From positions 3,906,001 through 3,970,000 of the forward strand of contig OZ218950.1 of assembly GCA_965112735.1 (NCBI GenBank): a stretch of DNA of 64,000 nt. The letters run 5' to 3'. The stretch is from Phaeosaccion multiseriatum (taxonomy: Eukaryota; Protista; Ochrophyta, other classes). Both the position numbers and the translations under genes were made by a program. Every line of letters starts with the position of its first letter. The stretch's first letter is position 1. Of the stretch, positions 54,379 to 64,000 are shown in pieces. The notes under the pieces were generated by a model. That model had not been told where the DNA came from. It did not search any database and was given only the letters and a program-made list of their open reading frames with translations.

Positions 54379-55888
54379 CTTGCCCTCGACCCGCTGCACT
54401 ACAATGGCTTGGTACTGCTTCATAGCGCGCAGGAAAGGGTCAGCCGAAGACGAAGCAGAAGCTTCCTCGAGAGGGGCTGAGGACACCCCGACGAAGCGCA
54501 CAGCCGACACGGACGGCTTGTGCAGCTTCGCTCTCTGCACCCCTGCTCCTCCTTCTCCTCCTCCACCGCCGCCGCTGGTGCCCTGCGCTCTCGCCGGCCT
54601 GTGCTCGCCCTCCTCCCCGTCGCCCTCCACCTCCCCATCACTGAACTCATCGTCCTGCCTGAGCCAGCCATCCCCGTAACTGTAGTCTGCCCCCCCCTCC
54701 CGACTGCCTCCTCCGCCCGCGCCCCCCGCCTCGTCATCGTCATCGTCATCGCCGCTCATGAGCTCCTCCCCCTCCTCCTCCTCCTCCCACTCGGCCTCGC
54801 TATCCACGTCGTAGTTAAGCTTCTCAAGGTCCTTTGCAAAGGGTCGGCGGCCTGAAACGACGCTGCTCCTCTTGCTCCACGTGCCCCAGTAGGGAGGGCG
54901 TGTGTCCTCGTGGAAGGCCAATGACGTCATCTTGTTCCTCACCTAACGGGGACGTTCACAGGGACGGGGCAGTGCAGGGAGGAGACGGGAGGAGAGGGGA
55001 GTATGTGTTAGCAAAGAGGGGCGACACATGAAATTGAGTGGGAGGGGTCAGGACGGACAGCAGGGACGGGCGGCACAAACAGAAACGGAGACGGAGGATG
55101 GAGAGTTTACGGCGCGCTCACGGAAAAAGAAGAGGGAAATCAAGCTGCCCTCTCTCTCACGCGCCCAATCCTTCTCCTCCTCCTCCTCCTCCTCCTCCTC
55201 CTCCTCCTCCTTCTCCCTCTTGCGGCTCACCTGGATGTCCTTCAGCTCGGAATACGCGGGCATGCCGAAGCCCTGATCGGCAACCTCCACAGACACCGTC
55301 TTCTCCACCCAGAGCGGACGAGCCGCGCCAGCATCGCTCCCTGTCTTGGCCTCTCCATCCTCCCCCCCCCCCCCTCCTCCTCCTCCTCCTCCTCCTCCTC
55401 CTTCTTCTTCTTCTTCCTCCTCCCCCTGACCTTTCTCCGCCTCCTGCGGTAGGCCATGCAATGGTTGGTCTTGGCGCTGCTGCGTGCCAAAAGCGTGTCA
55501 AGAGCGACGTTTCCAAACAGCTCCGCATGGTACGCATCCAGCTCCTCCTGTGTCCACCCCCGCGCATTGACACTCAGCAGCCGAGGATCTTCCTCCTCCC
55601 CCTCTTCCTCCTCCCCTCGGATCGCCGCGGCGCTCCCCCCTTGGTCTGCTGCTGCTGCGTCACCCACCCCGCCCCCTCCAGCCTCCGACCCCAGTCCACC
55701 CCCACCAGCAGCAGCAGCTGTTGGTGAAACCGCAGCCGTCCCACCCCCCGCACCGGAGAGAGCAGCTCCAGCACCAGCCGCCGAAGAGGAGGAGCTGACC
55801 GAGATACGCCGTTTCTTGCTGCTACTGCCGGCACCGCCCCCAAAGCCTGAGGACGAGGCGGCGGATGAGAGAGGCCTGGTCTTGGACG

Positions 55889-55930
<42 letters not shown>

Positions 55931-58900
55931 GACCACTGCCGGACTTGCCTGTTGACTTCGGCGCCGGCTTGGGAGTGAAGAAGTTGTACAGGCTGGACTT
56001 CTCAGCCACACGCTTGTCGTGCTCCTCCTTCTTCCTCTTTTCCTCCTCCTTCTTCCTCTTCTCCTCCTCCTTCTTCTTCTTGTCTTCCTCCTTGGCTCTT
56101 TTCGCGTCTTCTCTGGCTTGCTTCTTGGCCCGAGCCCCTTGGTCACTCTCTTCCTTCCTCTTCCGCTTCAGGGCCAATTCTCTCTCCTTTTCTCGCGTCT
56201 TTTGCTTGGCGGCCTCACGATTGCGCAGCCGAGTGGAGGCATCTGCCTCCGCCTTGCTAACCTTGGCTTCGTCCTCGGGGGACTTGCGCATTATGTCAAT
56301 GGTCTTGAGGAGTGCTTTGAGCAAGAGGCCGAGAGAGCTACGCTTGGCGCGAGCGGACTTGATGCGGCCGACCTCCACTTTGCCTGCCAGAAGACAGAAG
56401 GGGAAAACGAGAGAGAGATAAGAGAGGGAGGGAGAGAGGCGGGAGAGGGAACAGAGAGAGAGAGAGAGGGAAGTGAGGGAGAGAGAGGGAGGAAAGAGAG
56501 GGCGAGGGAAGTGAGAGAGGCAGAAGGGCGGAAGAGGGAGAGGGAGAGGGAAAGAGAGAGAGAGAGAGAGGAAGAACATGAGGGTGGCACAGCCTGCCTG
56601 CACTGATGCCGAGTCACCTCCAACCCGACTGTTGTTTCCCCATCGCCCGACCATCTAACCAACAACCCAACCAACCAAACGAACCAGCCCGGCTGTATGG
56701 TAGGCATCGCAGTGCACTAGTACGCACCGTCGGGCAATGCGTCCATCGACTGGACCTCCCACCTCCACAGGTGCAAGGTATCGGTGTCTTCGAACGACAC
56801 GACATCCTTCTTGGGCCGCTGCCCATATGCCTTGCGCTCCGCCAGCAGGGGGATACGAAGGGTGAGGGCATCCGCTGAGATGGAGTCCTTCGCAAACAAC
56901 GAGTGAGAATCAGAGTCAGCGACACTGACACCGTCCTCTCCTGTGTCCATGCTCTCGTCGTTGGTGTCGTCATCGCCCCCACCCCCGCCTTGATGCCCTT
57001 CTGCAGCAGCAGCATCGGCTTCCTCCTCTTTCGCTTCTTCTTGTTCTTTGCCCCCACCCTTCTTTTGCTTCTGCTGCAGCAACGCCCAGAGTTTGGTGCT
57101 GGCATTGGCGGCGAGCTGCGAGAGAGGCAACGCGCTGCCCTGCACCACCCGGGCGAGGGCGGAGACAAGCTCCTCAGGAAACGCAACAGCAAGCGGAGGC
57201 TCTACTGCTGCTGCTTCTCCTGTATCACCACCATCACCCTCCTGCTCCTTCTTCTGCTCCTCCTCCTCCTTTTTCGCCCTTGCTTTCGCCAGCCCGTCCT
57301 CTACCGCCTCCTCGACGCACAGCTGGAAGTCCTCATCTCCTCCGCCCCCTCTTTCTCCCCCCCCCCCACCCCCCCCCTCTTCCTCCTCCTCCTCCTCCCC
57401 CTTCTTCTCCTCCTCCAGCTCCAGCTCCTTCATTACGTCCTTGAGTCTGACTTCCCACGTCCCAAGGCGCGCGTGTGGCTCCACTGTGGGCGTAGGCGGT
57501 GCATCAGCTGCGGCACCTTTCCTTGCTCGGGGCTTCTTTGCACTTGGCGTCTTCTTCGCGTTCCCGCCACCGCCACCGCCACCAGCACCACCGGCCGAAG
57601 CAGCAGCATCAGCAGCAGCATTAGCACTAGTAGCAGCAGGGCGCCCTCTGCCCTTCTTGTTGGTCTTCTTCTTGAGGTGGGACAGAGCTGCCGACAGGGG
57701 GGGCATGGAGGACACAGAGGACTTCGTAGGTGTCCCAGGTGCTCCTCCTCCTCCTCCTCCTCCTCCTCCTCCTCCTCCTCCTCCTCCTCCTCCTCCTCCT
57801 CCTCCTCCTGCTGTTGCTGCTGCTGCTGCTGCGGCATCAGCAGACCTCGTTTCCAGCAGCTGGACGTCGCTGTCGCTGCTGTCGCCACTGTTCTTGTTCT
57901 CCTTCTCCTCCTCCTCATCCTCGTCTTGACCTTGGCCTTCGTCGTCGCTGTCCTCCCCCTTCCCCTCCGTTTGGTGCTTGGTGGCACACTCGCCCTCCCC
58001 GCTTGCCGTCTCGGCCCCCGTACCATCATCATCGTCATCGTCACCATCATTATCATCAACTTCCATGGCATTATCCGCGCATTCTCCCCCTCCCTCCTTC
58101 CCCTCGTGTCCAGCCGAAGTGCCAGCTTCACTCGCACCCCCTCCGACATCTGCTGTCGCCGTCGCCCCCTCTCCCTCTCCCTCCCCTGCGGCGCTCCGGA
58201 TGGACGACCCGCTAAGCTGCCGGCTCTCCTCCTCTACCTCCTCCACCTTGTCAGCGCTCTCCTCTACCTCATCAGTTTGCGGCTGACGGCCTGCTTTCCT
58301 CTTAGCAGTCACCTTTCCGTCATCCCCATTCGCCTTCGCACCATTGCCCACCTGAGCATTGGAAACACAACACCACATCGCAGAAGATTGTGTTTCAATC
58401 AGAAAACAAAAGGAGTACTAAAACAAGAATAGAACTAAGGGGGGAATGAATAAAGTCACGCAGCGTAAAGTCCGTCACCGTACTTGCGACGATAAAGATA
58501 AAAAAAAGGAAAGGTGGGTGTGCATGGACACTGCCGCGCAGAGGATAGCGCGGGGTACGGCATGTTCCAAATTGCACGGGGCGGGGAAGAGGGCTTGCTT
58601 GACCAAGAGGGCAAGGGGGCAGAGGAAAGGACGTGCGGCGCGCACCAAAGCCCGCCACAGCAGAGCATACGTGTTCTCACCTTTGGCTGGACACTATCAT
58701 CGGCGCCGCCCTCGCCACCCGCCTTTGCGCCACCGGCTTTGAAAGGGGAAGAGGAGGAACAGGAGGGAGCTCTGCTGCCTGCCTTTCCCGCCGCCGTTTT
58801 TCCCCCTCCCACTCCTTGCCCTCCGTCTATCTTCTTCTCTACCACGCGGTCCGGCTTTGCTGCTGCCTTGGGCGCTACATGTGAAGATTGCTTGTTGAAA

Positions 58901-59541
58901 AATGAGGCGAGGGTTGCCTGAGGCTTCGAGGGCTGGGGCAACGGACCGACAGTCGAAGCAAGGTGTGACAGGGGAGCGGGAAAGACGTGAGAAGCCTTGC
59001 GGGGTTTCAAGCATCAGACTTCATTGAGGATATTGGGAAGCCGACTGGAGAGTCGATAGCGAGCACAAAGGAGAACGGAGCATCTTGACGCGTTGGCGTT
59101 AGGGGGGGAAGATAATTTTGAGGGCCAGAGAGAGAGAGAGAGTAAGGAGCTTGCAGACAGAGACCTCTGGCCCAAGCGCCAGAACCTAGACAACTCAAAG
59201 GATTCATGCACCGTCTCCGTCCCCGCGTGCTCTCCTTCTCGTTCTCTTCCTCCCTCCCAAGCGCCGTTTGACCTGCATCCTGTTCATCAACCTATTACTC
59301 TACGGCAATGCTCGTTCAAGCTTACCTTAGCGGGCGACGCAGCCTTCTTCTTCATTGTAGGCGTGGTGTAGTCTGCCGATTCCTTCGCGCTCCCCGCCTC
59401 CTCCTTATCACCTGCTGCTGCTGCTTCTGCTCCTCCTTTAACTTTTGCTCCCCCTTTCTTGCGGCCTGCTCCTCCCCCCCCCCCGCGCCCTTTTCCTTTG
59501 CCGCGCGGCTTAAGGCTTTCAGCTCCCAGAGAACTAACCAT
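52816..59541 (-). CDS. CHAF1A: Chromatin assembly factor 1 large subunit (p150/FAS1/Cac1). Exons 59541-59326, 58932-58681, 58351-56728, 56383-55231 (apparent 1-nt frameshift at 55362-55374), 54942-52816
   Basis: FHEDTRPPYWGTWSKRSSVVSGRRPFAKD..LNYDVDSEAEWEEEEEGEEL (ED domain), KER coiled coil, FEDTDTLHLWRWEV, PIP-like boxes and a winged-helix-like C-terminal segment. Confidence 0.92.
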
Positions 59542-59730
59542 TCGGCCCTTATCCAGGCTCCAAGCCCTCCCCTTCACCGAACACAAGACCAGCCGCGGCG
59601 CTGGTTTGACTAGATTTGAAAAAAAAAAAGGAAACTCGAGCTGAAACTGCAACTCACGAGAGATCCATCACCGACGTTTCATTTTTTTTTTTAAATTTTC
59701 TCCTTCGCTTGATCTGATGGGGAAGGAAGG
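59542..59730. promoter_or_regulatory. Putative bidirectional promoter for CHAF1A and the ANK-FN3 gene, with opposed A and T tracts
   Basis: Divergent ATGs about 190 bp apart; A-run at ~59618-59629 and T-run at ~59682-59692. Confidence 0.5.
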
Positions 59731-60901
59731 ATGACAGGACAGAGCGAAGCATCAGTGGTAGTGCCTGTGGAGTCTTGGAGACTGGAGCTGCTCAGGGCGG
59801 TGCGCGATGGGGAAGTTTCGGCTCTGGAGAGGCTCGCGGAGGTGGCTCCAGAGGGCCTCCATGAGCCCTTCACCTCCACGATGGAAGACTGGCAGCTGGA
59901 GTGGGAAGCTTCCAGGTGGTAAGTGAAAGAAGGCACTCCTCTTCAATGTCAACCTCTCCGCTAGCCGCTCTCTCATCTCTACTCTTTGTCGATCACTTCG
60001 CCTTCCCGTCTTCCGCTCGGCTTTTCGGTGCAGGTACGAGTTCCAGGAAGCCACGGCACTCTATATCGCTTGCTCGTACGCCCGCCCGGCTGTGGTGGAA
60101 TGGCTGCTTGAAAACGGCGTGGACCGACTACCCCCCTGCTATTATGGGCAGACCGCGATGGACGTGGTAGGGCAAAGCCGCTTCGACAAACAGGATGTCG
60201 AGCAAGTGAAAGAGCTGATGCTGCAGCCCGTTAAAGGTGAGGCCTCCACAAATGAATGTGTGTGTGTCTTACAGCCCCATTTCTCTCTGACGGAACTACA
60301 CTTGTGCCTTGTGCGTGTGAACGTGCCCCCCCCTGTACCCCCCCCCACCCCAGCCCCGCGCGCACCTCGGCAGCCCTCGTGCAATGTGAAGCTCATGTTC
60401 GAGGAGCCTGTGAGGAAGGTGTACGAGACCAAGACAATGGGTACGTTCAGGGGAGGGTGGGGTTGAGGGCAAGCGACATCCCTGAGTAGTAAGTAGTGTG
60501 TAGGGGCATTGGGGATGCGTGAAGCATTAATTTAGCCCCATTTGCCCATTTCCCCCCTCCCCCCCCCGACACCCCTGCTGCAGCGGACGGTACCACAAGA
60601 AAGGTTCCTAAGCGAGTGATGGAGACTCTGGCTCGATGCAAGGTGACGGTAACCTGGAAGTCCTTCTGGCTAGCGGGCCCTACGGTCCTCCACGATGGAA
60701 GCGTACAGGGGGGTGTGACCTACGAGCTGCAGTACCGAGAGGAGGGGGCAGCGGGGTGGATGTCCGAGCCGACTAAGGCTCCTACGAAGCAGCTTACAGG
60801 GCTCTTGCCAGGAACTTCATACGAGTTCAGGGCCAGAGCCGAGAATGCGGCGGCGGGGTGGGGAGACTTCTCCAACGTGGCTGTGGTCGAGACGCCCAAG
60901 C

Positions 60902-60943
<42 letters not shown>

Positions 60944-60963
60944 GAGAGACTGAAGAGCTATAG
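59731..60963 (+). CDS. Ankyrin-repeat plus fibronectin type III protein. Exons 59731-59918, 60034-60236, 60354-60440, 60584-60963
   Basis: Ankyrin: ATALYIACSYARPAVVEWLLENGVD..GQTAMD. FN3: VTVTW..YELQYRE..LTGLLPGTSYEFRARAENAAAGWGDFS. Confidence 0.8.
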
Positions 60964-62132
60964 GGCGAGCAAAGCGAGGGCAGGGGGATGAGGTAACGAC
61001 CACAGGAGGGTGCGTGACCAACAATACCGTCGCTCCTCCCACTGTCACGCAGTGTAGTAGTAGTGCCTCTCCCGGCGGGCGACCATTCCGTCCCGCCACG
61101 GGGTCTACTGTTGGGGATCATCCCATCACGCCATGGGCTCGCTCTACGGTTGGGATGGATGCCGAAGGGAAGCTGCCACCCTACCATGCAGCATCACTTC
61201 TCTCGTCACTTGTGGCCGGCCAGAGAATGCCTTGCTCTGCCCGATGGGATGGCCAGCCGCATCCACTCTCAGGCGAGGCTAGTGGGTAATGGGGGGAGGG
61301 CAGAGCATTGCGAGAAAGGAGGACGTGGTGCAGTCTGTGCAGCAGCATGGCCCACCGGTGCCCCCCCTCTCACCTCGAGCACCGACGAACGACATTCTCC
61401 GACGAGCGACATTCCATTGGGCCTGGCGGTCGTCGGCAGCTCTGCCCGTCCGTCAGGAGCCCTTTGCAATCTGCTAGCAAGTGACGCAGCCCCCACAACT
61501 CAAGAAATACGCACGCACATGTGCCCGGTCACAGTTCACGAAGGCTAGGGCCGTGGAGGGTGCGTTTTCGGGTCGCCCCCTCAACTCTCATCGCTCCCCC
61601 GCATAGCTGCGGTTGTGCCGTTTGCTTGCACAGCAGCTCAGCACAGCTCCCCGGCTTCAGGTGGGCTTCGGTGGCTGCTGCTGTGCTGGGAGCCATGCTT
61701 ACTTACGCTTACTTATGCTTACTTGAATGCGGTCCTGAGTGGGCTAGTGTAGAGCAGAGCAGTGGAGTGTCACGAGGCGCAGGGAGAGAGGAGAGGAGAG
61801 GAGCCCTTCTCCAGCCTCTCTCCTCTCCGCTCTCCAACGCCCCGGAGCCTCGGCCACGAGCTGTCGCGATGGAGCGAGCGATGGCAGTCAAAGGCAGAGT
61901 ACAATGTACATACGTACACGTACTGGTTGGGACGGTTGGAAAGATTGGTACAGGGGTAAATCTTAGGAGTGGCGGCGGAGTAGTCTGGGGAAAACTAAAG
62001 GAGGGGGCGGTGGAGTAGTCTGCCCAAAAGTATACTCTTGTCTACGTGAATAAATTAAGACTTTGACTTGAAAGAAGAGGCGTGCCCCCTCTCGTATCTA
62101 TCGGTGCCTCCACCAATCCACCCTATCCACTG

Positions 62133-64000
62133 TCATAATTTCCAACGAGCGTCCAAAACGCGCCGTAATTCATCAACTGGGGACGAGTGTGAAGATTGTG
62201 AGTGTGCCGCTGGAGCCCCAGCTCGTGAAGCAGCAGCAGCCCCGAAAATGAAGCTACCTGCGGTCAACACGTTGGCCCCCGCCTCCACGCACTGAGCCGC
62301 TGTAGAGGCGCTGATGCCCCCGTCCACTTGAATGTCAAGTAGCGCCCCCGGAGCAAGGGCCTGCCGCAGCTGCCGGACCTTGGCCAGCACTGCGGGTTGA
62401 AAGCTCTGCCCCCCAAAGCCAGGCTGTACGGCCAGGATATCCACGCAGTCAATCTCCAGCACAGGGCCGGGGCCAGACACCAAAGCAAGCAGCCGGGAGT
62501 CCACGGGGGTGTCAGGACTGAGCACCACGCCCACTCGCATGCCCCGAGAGCGGACTCGTCTGGCCAGTGCCAGGGCGGATACATCCTTGGTCGTATCATC
62601 TTGCTGCTGCTGCTCCTCTCCCCCTCCCCCGGCCCCTCCCTCGCCCCCTCCTTCTTCAGGGCCAGAGACAGAGACAGAGGCAGAGTCGACCGAAGAGACA
62701 GCCTCCTCCATGGCCTCCATGTGAAACAGTACCTGGCTCGCCCCGGCCCGCTCAAGAGCAGGCAAGTACGAGGCCGGGTTCTCCACAGCGAGATGCACGT
62801 CCAAGAAAGCCGAGGGGAAGCGAGACCTCAGGGCCTGTACCATCGGAGGCCCGAAGGTGAGCACTTTTGCGAACCGCCCATCCACAATATCAACGTGTAT
62901 CCAGTCCGCTCCTTGCTCGAGAGCATGCCCTACCGCTCCACCCACGTCGCACAAGTCGGCGGCCAACATGGAGGCATTCACCACGCCTCGAAGAGCAGTA
63001 CGAGGAGGAGTAGCAACGACAGGACCGTTAACACTAGCAGTCTCAGTGTTCTCTCCTCCTCCTCCTCCTCCTCCTCCTCCTCCTCCTCCTCCTCTCTGTT
63101 CTCTCAAATCGCGCAGGGCACCATATAAGCCCCTGTACTTGCCAAGCAGGCCGGCGTAGAGAGCGTGCCGCTCCCCACTGGGCACCACCACTCGCTCCTC
63201 ATGCACCATGGCCGAAATAGCGTCATCGATGGAGGCAAACACACCCGCGCCCACGGCAGCAAGGCAGGCAGCACCCAGGCAGCAGGCATTCTCCCCTCCC
63301 CGAGTGACCCGAATGGCACAGTTGGACACGTCCGCGTGTACCTGCAACCACAATTCACTCTTCACCGCTCCTCCAGCCGCGGTGATGGAGGTCGGTTTGA
63401 AGCCTGCTCGCCGCATGGCTTCGTAGTTGAGCTCTGTTTCAAATGCAATCCCCTCCAGCAGGGCTCGGAAGAGATGCCCTCTATGATGCTTGAGAGTGAG
63501 GCCCACCACCCCCCCCTTGCTGTGTGGGTCGGTGATGGGCAGCCTCTTGCCCTGGAAATCAGGCAAGAATAGGCAACCCTCGCTCCCCACCTCCACCTGC
63601 GCCGCCTCTCGGTCTAGCTCCTCGTAAGTGACTCCTTCTCCTCCCATCAGGCGCTTGAGCCAACTCACCGCCGACCCCGTGCTCGTCTGCCCGCCCTCCA
63701 CGATGAAGCGAGAAGGATACACGGCCGACGCATACGGACCCCACATCCCCTCGTGTATTACACATTCACCATCATCACCATCGCGCCCATCACCTGCCGC
63801 AGAGACGGAGGAGAGTTCGCTTCCTGCCACGCCCAAATGGAGGTGGGAGGAGCCCGTGATCATGGCCAAGGATCCCGGTTTGTTCACCCCAAGCCCTATC
63901 ATACCCAGGAACGCGTCCGCCCCGCCCATGGCTACAGGGCAGCGGCACCCTTCCCCAAGGCCAAGGTGAGTGGCCGCGGCAGGGGTCAGCGGCCCCACCA
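62133..64000 (-). CDS. Fusion of an FGGY-family pentulose kinase (ribulokinase/xylulokinase-like) and D-ribulose-5-phosphate 3-epimerase; N-terminus lies beyond the window
   Basis: FGGY motifs GGADAFLG, ITGSSHLH, EGGQTSTGS, LPDFQGKRLP, LFRALLEGIAF, AAGGAVKSELWLQVHADV; poly-Gly linker; RPE motifs ASMLAAD, WIHVDIVDGRF, LDVHL, VQPGFGGQ, QVDGGI, AGANVLTAGSFIF. Confidence 0.92.
   Translation of the reverse strand, partial: VGPLTPAAATHLGLGEGCRCPVAMGGADAFLGMIGLGVNKPGSLAMITGSSHLHLGVAGSELSSVSAAGDGRDGDDGECVIHEGMWGPYASAVYPSRFIVEGGQTSTGSAVSWLKRLMGGEGVTYEELDREAAQVEVGSEGCLFLPDFQGKRLPITDPHSKGGVVGLTLKHHRGHLFRALLEGIAFETELNYEAMRRAGFKPTSITAAGGAVKSELWLQVHADVSNCAIRVTRGGENACCLGAACLAAVGAGVFASIDDAISAMVHEERVVVPSGERHALYAGLLGKYRGLYGALRDLREQRGGGGGGGGGGGGGENTETASVNGPVVATPPRTALRGVVNASMLAADLCDVGGAVGHALEQGADWIHVDIVDGRFAKVLTFGPPMVQALRSRFPSAFLDVHLAVENPASYLPALERAGASQVLFHMEAMEEAVSSVDSASVSVSGPEEGGGEGGAGGGGEEQQQQDDTTKDVSALALARRVRSRGMRVGVVLSPDTPVDSRLLALVSGPGPVLEIDCVDILAVQPGFGGQSFQPAVLAKVRQLRQALAPGALLDIQVDGGISASTAAQCVEAGANVLTAGSFIFGAAAASRAGAPAAHSQSSHSSPVDELRRVLDARWKL

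Noticed and set aside
52816-59541. CHAF1A as a pseudogene or as two genes
   Set aside because: All domains and splice sites are intact; the single frame break falls on a long homopolymer.
60964-62132. ORFs 61014-61289, 61063-61548 and 61521-62018 as an extra gene or read-through of the ANK-FN3 gene
   Set aside because: There is an in-frame TGA shortly after the TAG, no recognisable domains and no consistent splice model; most likely UTR or intergenic.

Overview
Gene-dense eukaryotic nuclear DNA with GT-AG spliceosomal introns and high GC. Introns are packed with microsatellites and coding regions carry many homopolymeric amino-acid runs. It is most likely an ochrophyte (photosynthetic stramenopile): a PPR protein has a signal-peptide/'SAFAP' plastid-targeting motif, and several genes belong to stramenopile-typical families. 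About 17 spliced genes were assembled by hand: PPR protein, HxRxxS-rich unknown protein, MST/Hippo-like STE20 kinase, conserved unknown protein, malonyl-CoA decarboxylase, TSET/TPLATE-type WD40 subunit, WYKDEGG putative transcription factor, BET1 SNARE, divergent Sar1 paralog, CCCH-type zinc-finger protein, ABHD17-like hydrolase, KLHDC10-like kelch protein, CTF18, ARL2BP, CAF-1 p150, ankyrin-FN3 protein, and an FGGY kinase/ribulose-phosphate 3-epimerase fusion. Most of these form head-to-head pairs. Most notable: (1) a Hippo/MST-like kinase (DSGTMVR linker, SARAH-like tail) tail-to-tail with an unknown protein holding five LATS/NDR-consensus HxRxxS/T sites, a candidate Hippo-like module in an alga; (2) a TSET subunit; (3) the kinase-epimerase fusion; (4) the Sar1-like/BET1 divergent pair. 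All homology calls come from motif recognition only; no searches were run. No RNA genes, CRISPR arrays or transposons were recognised.
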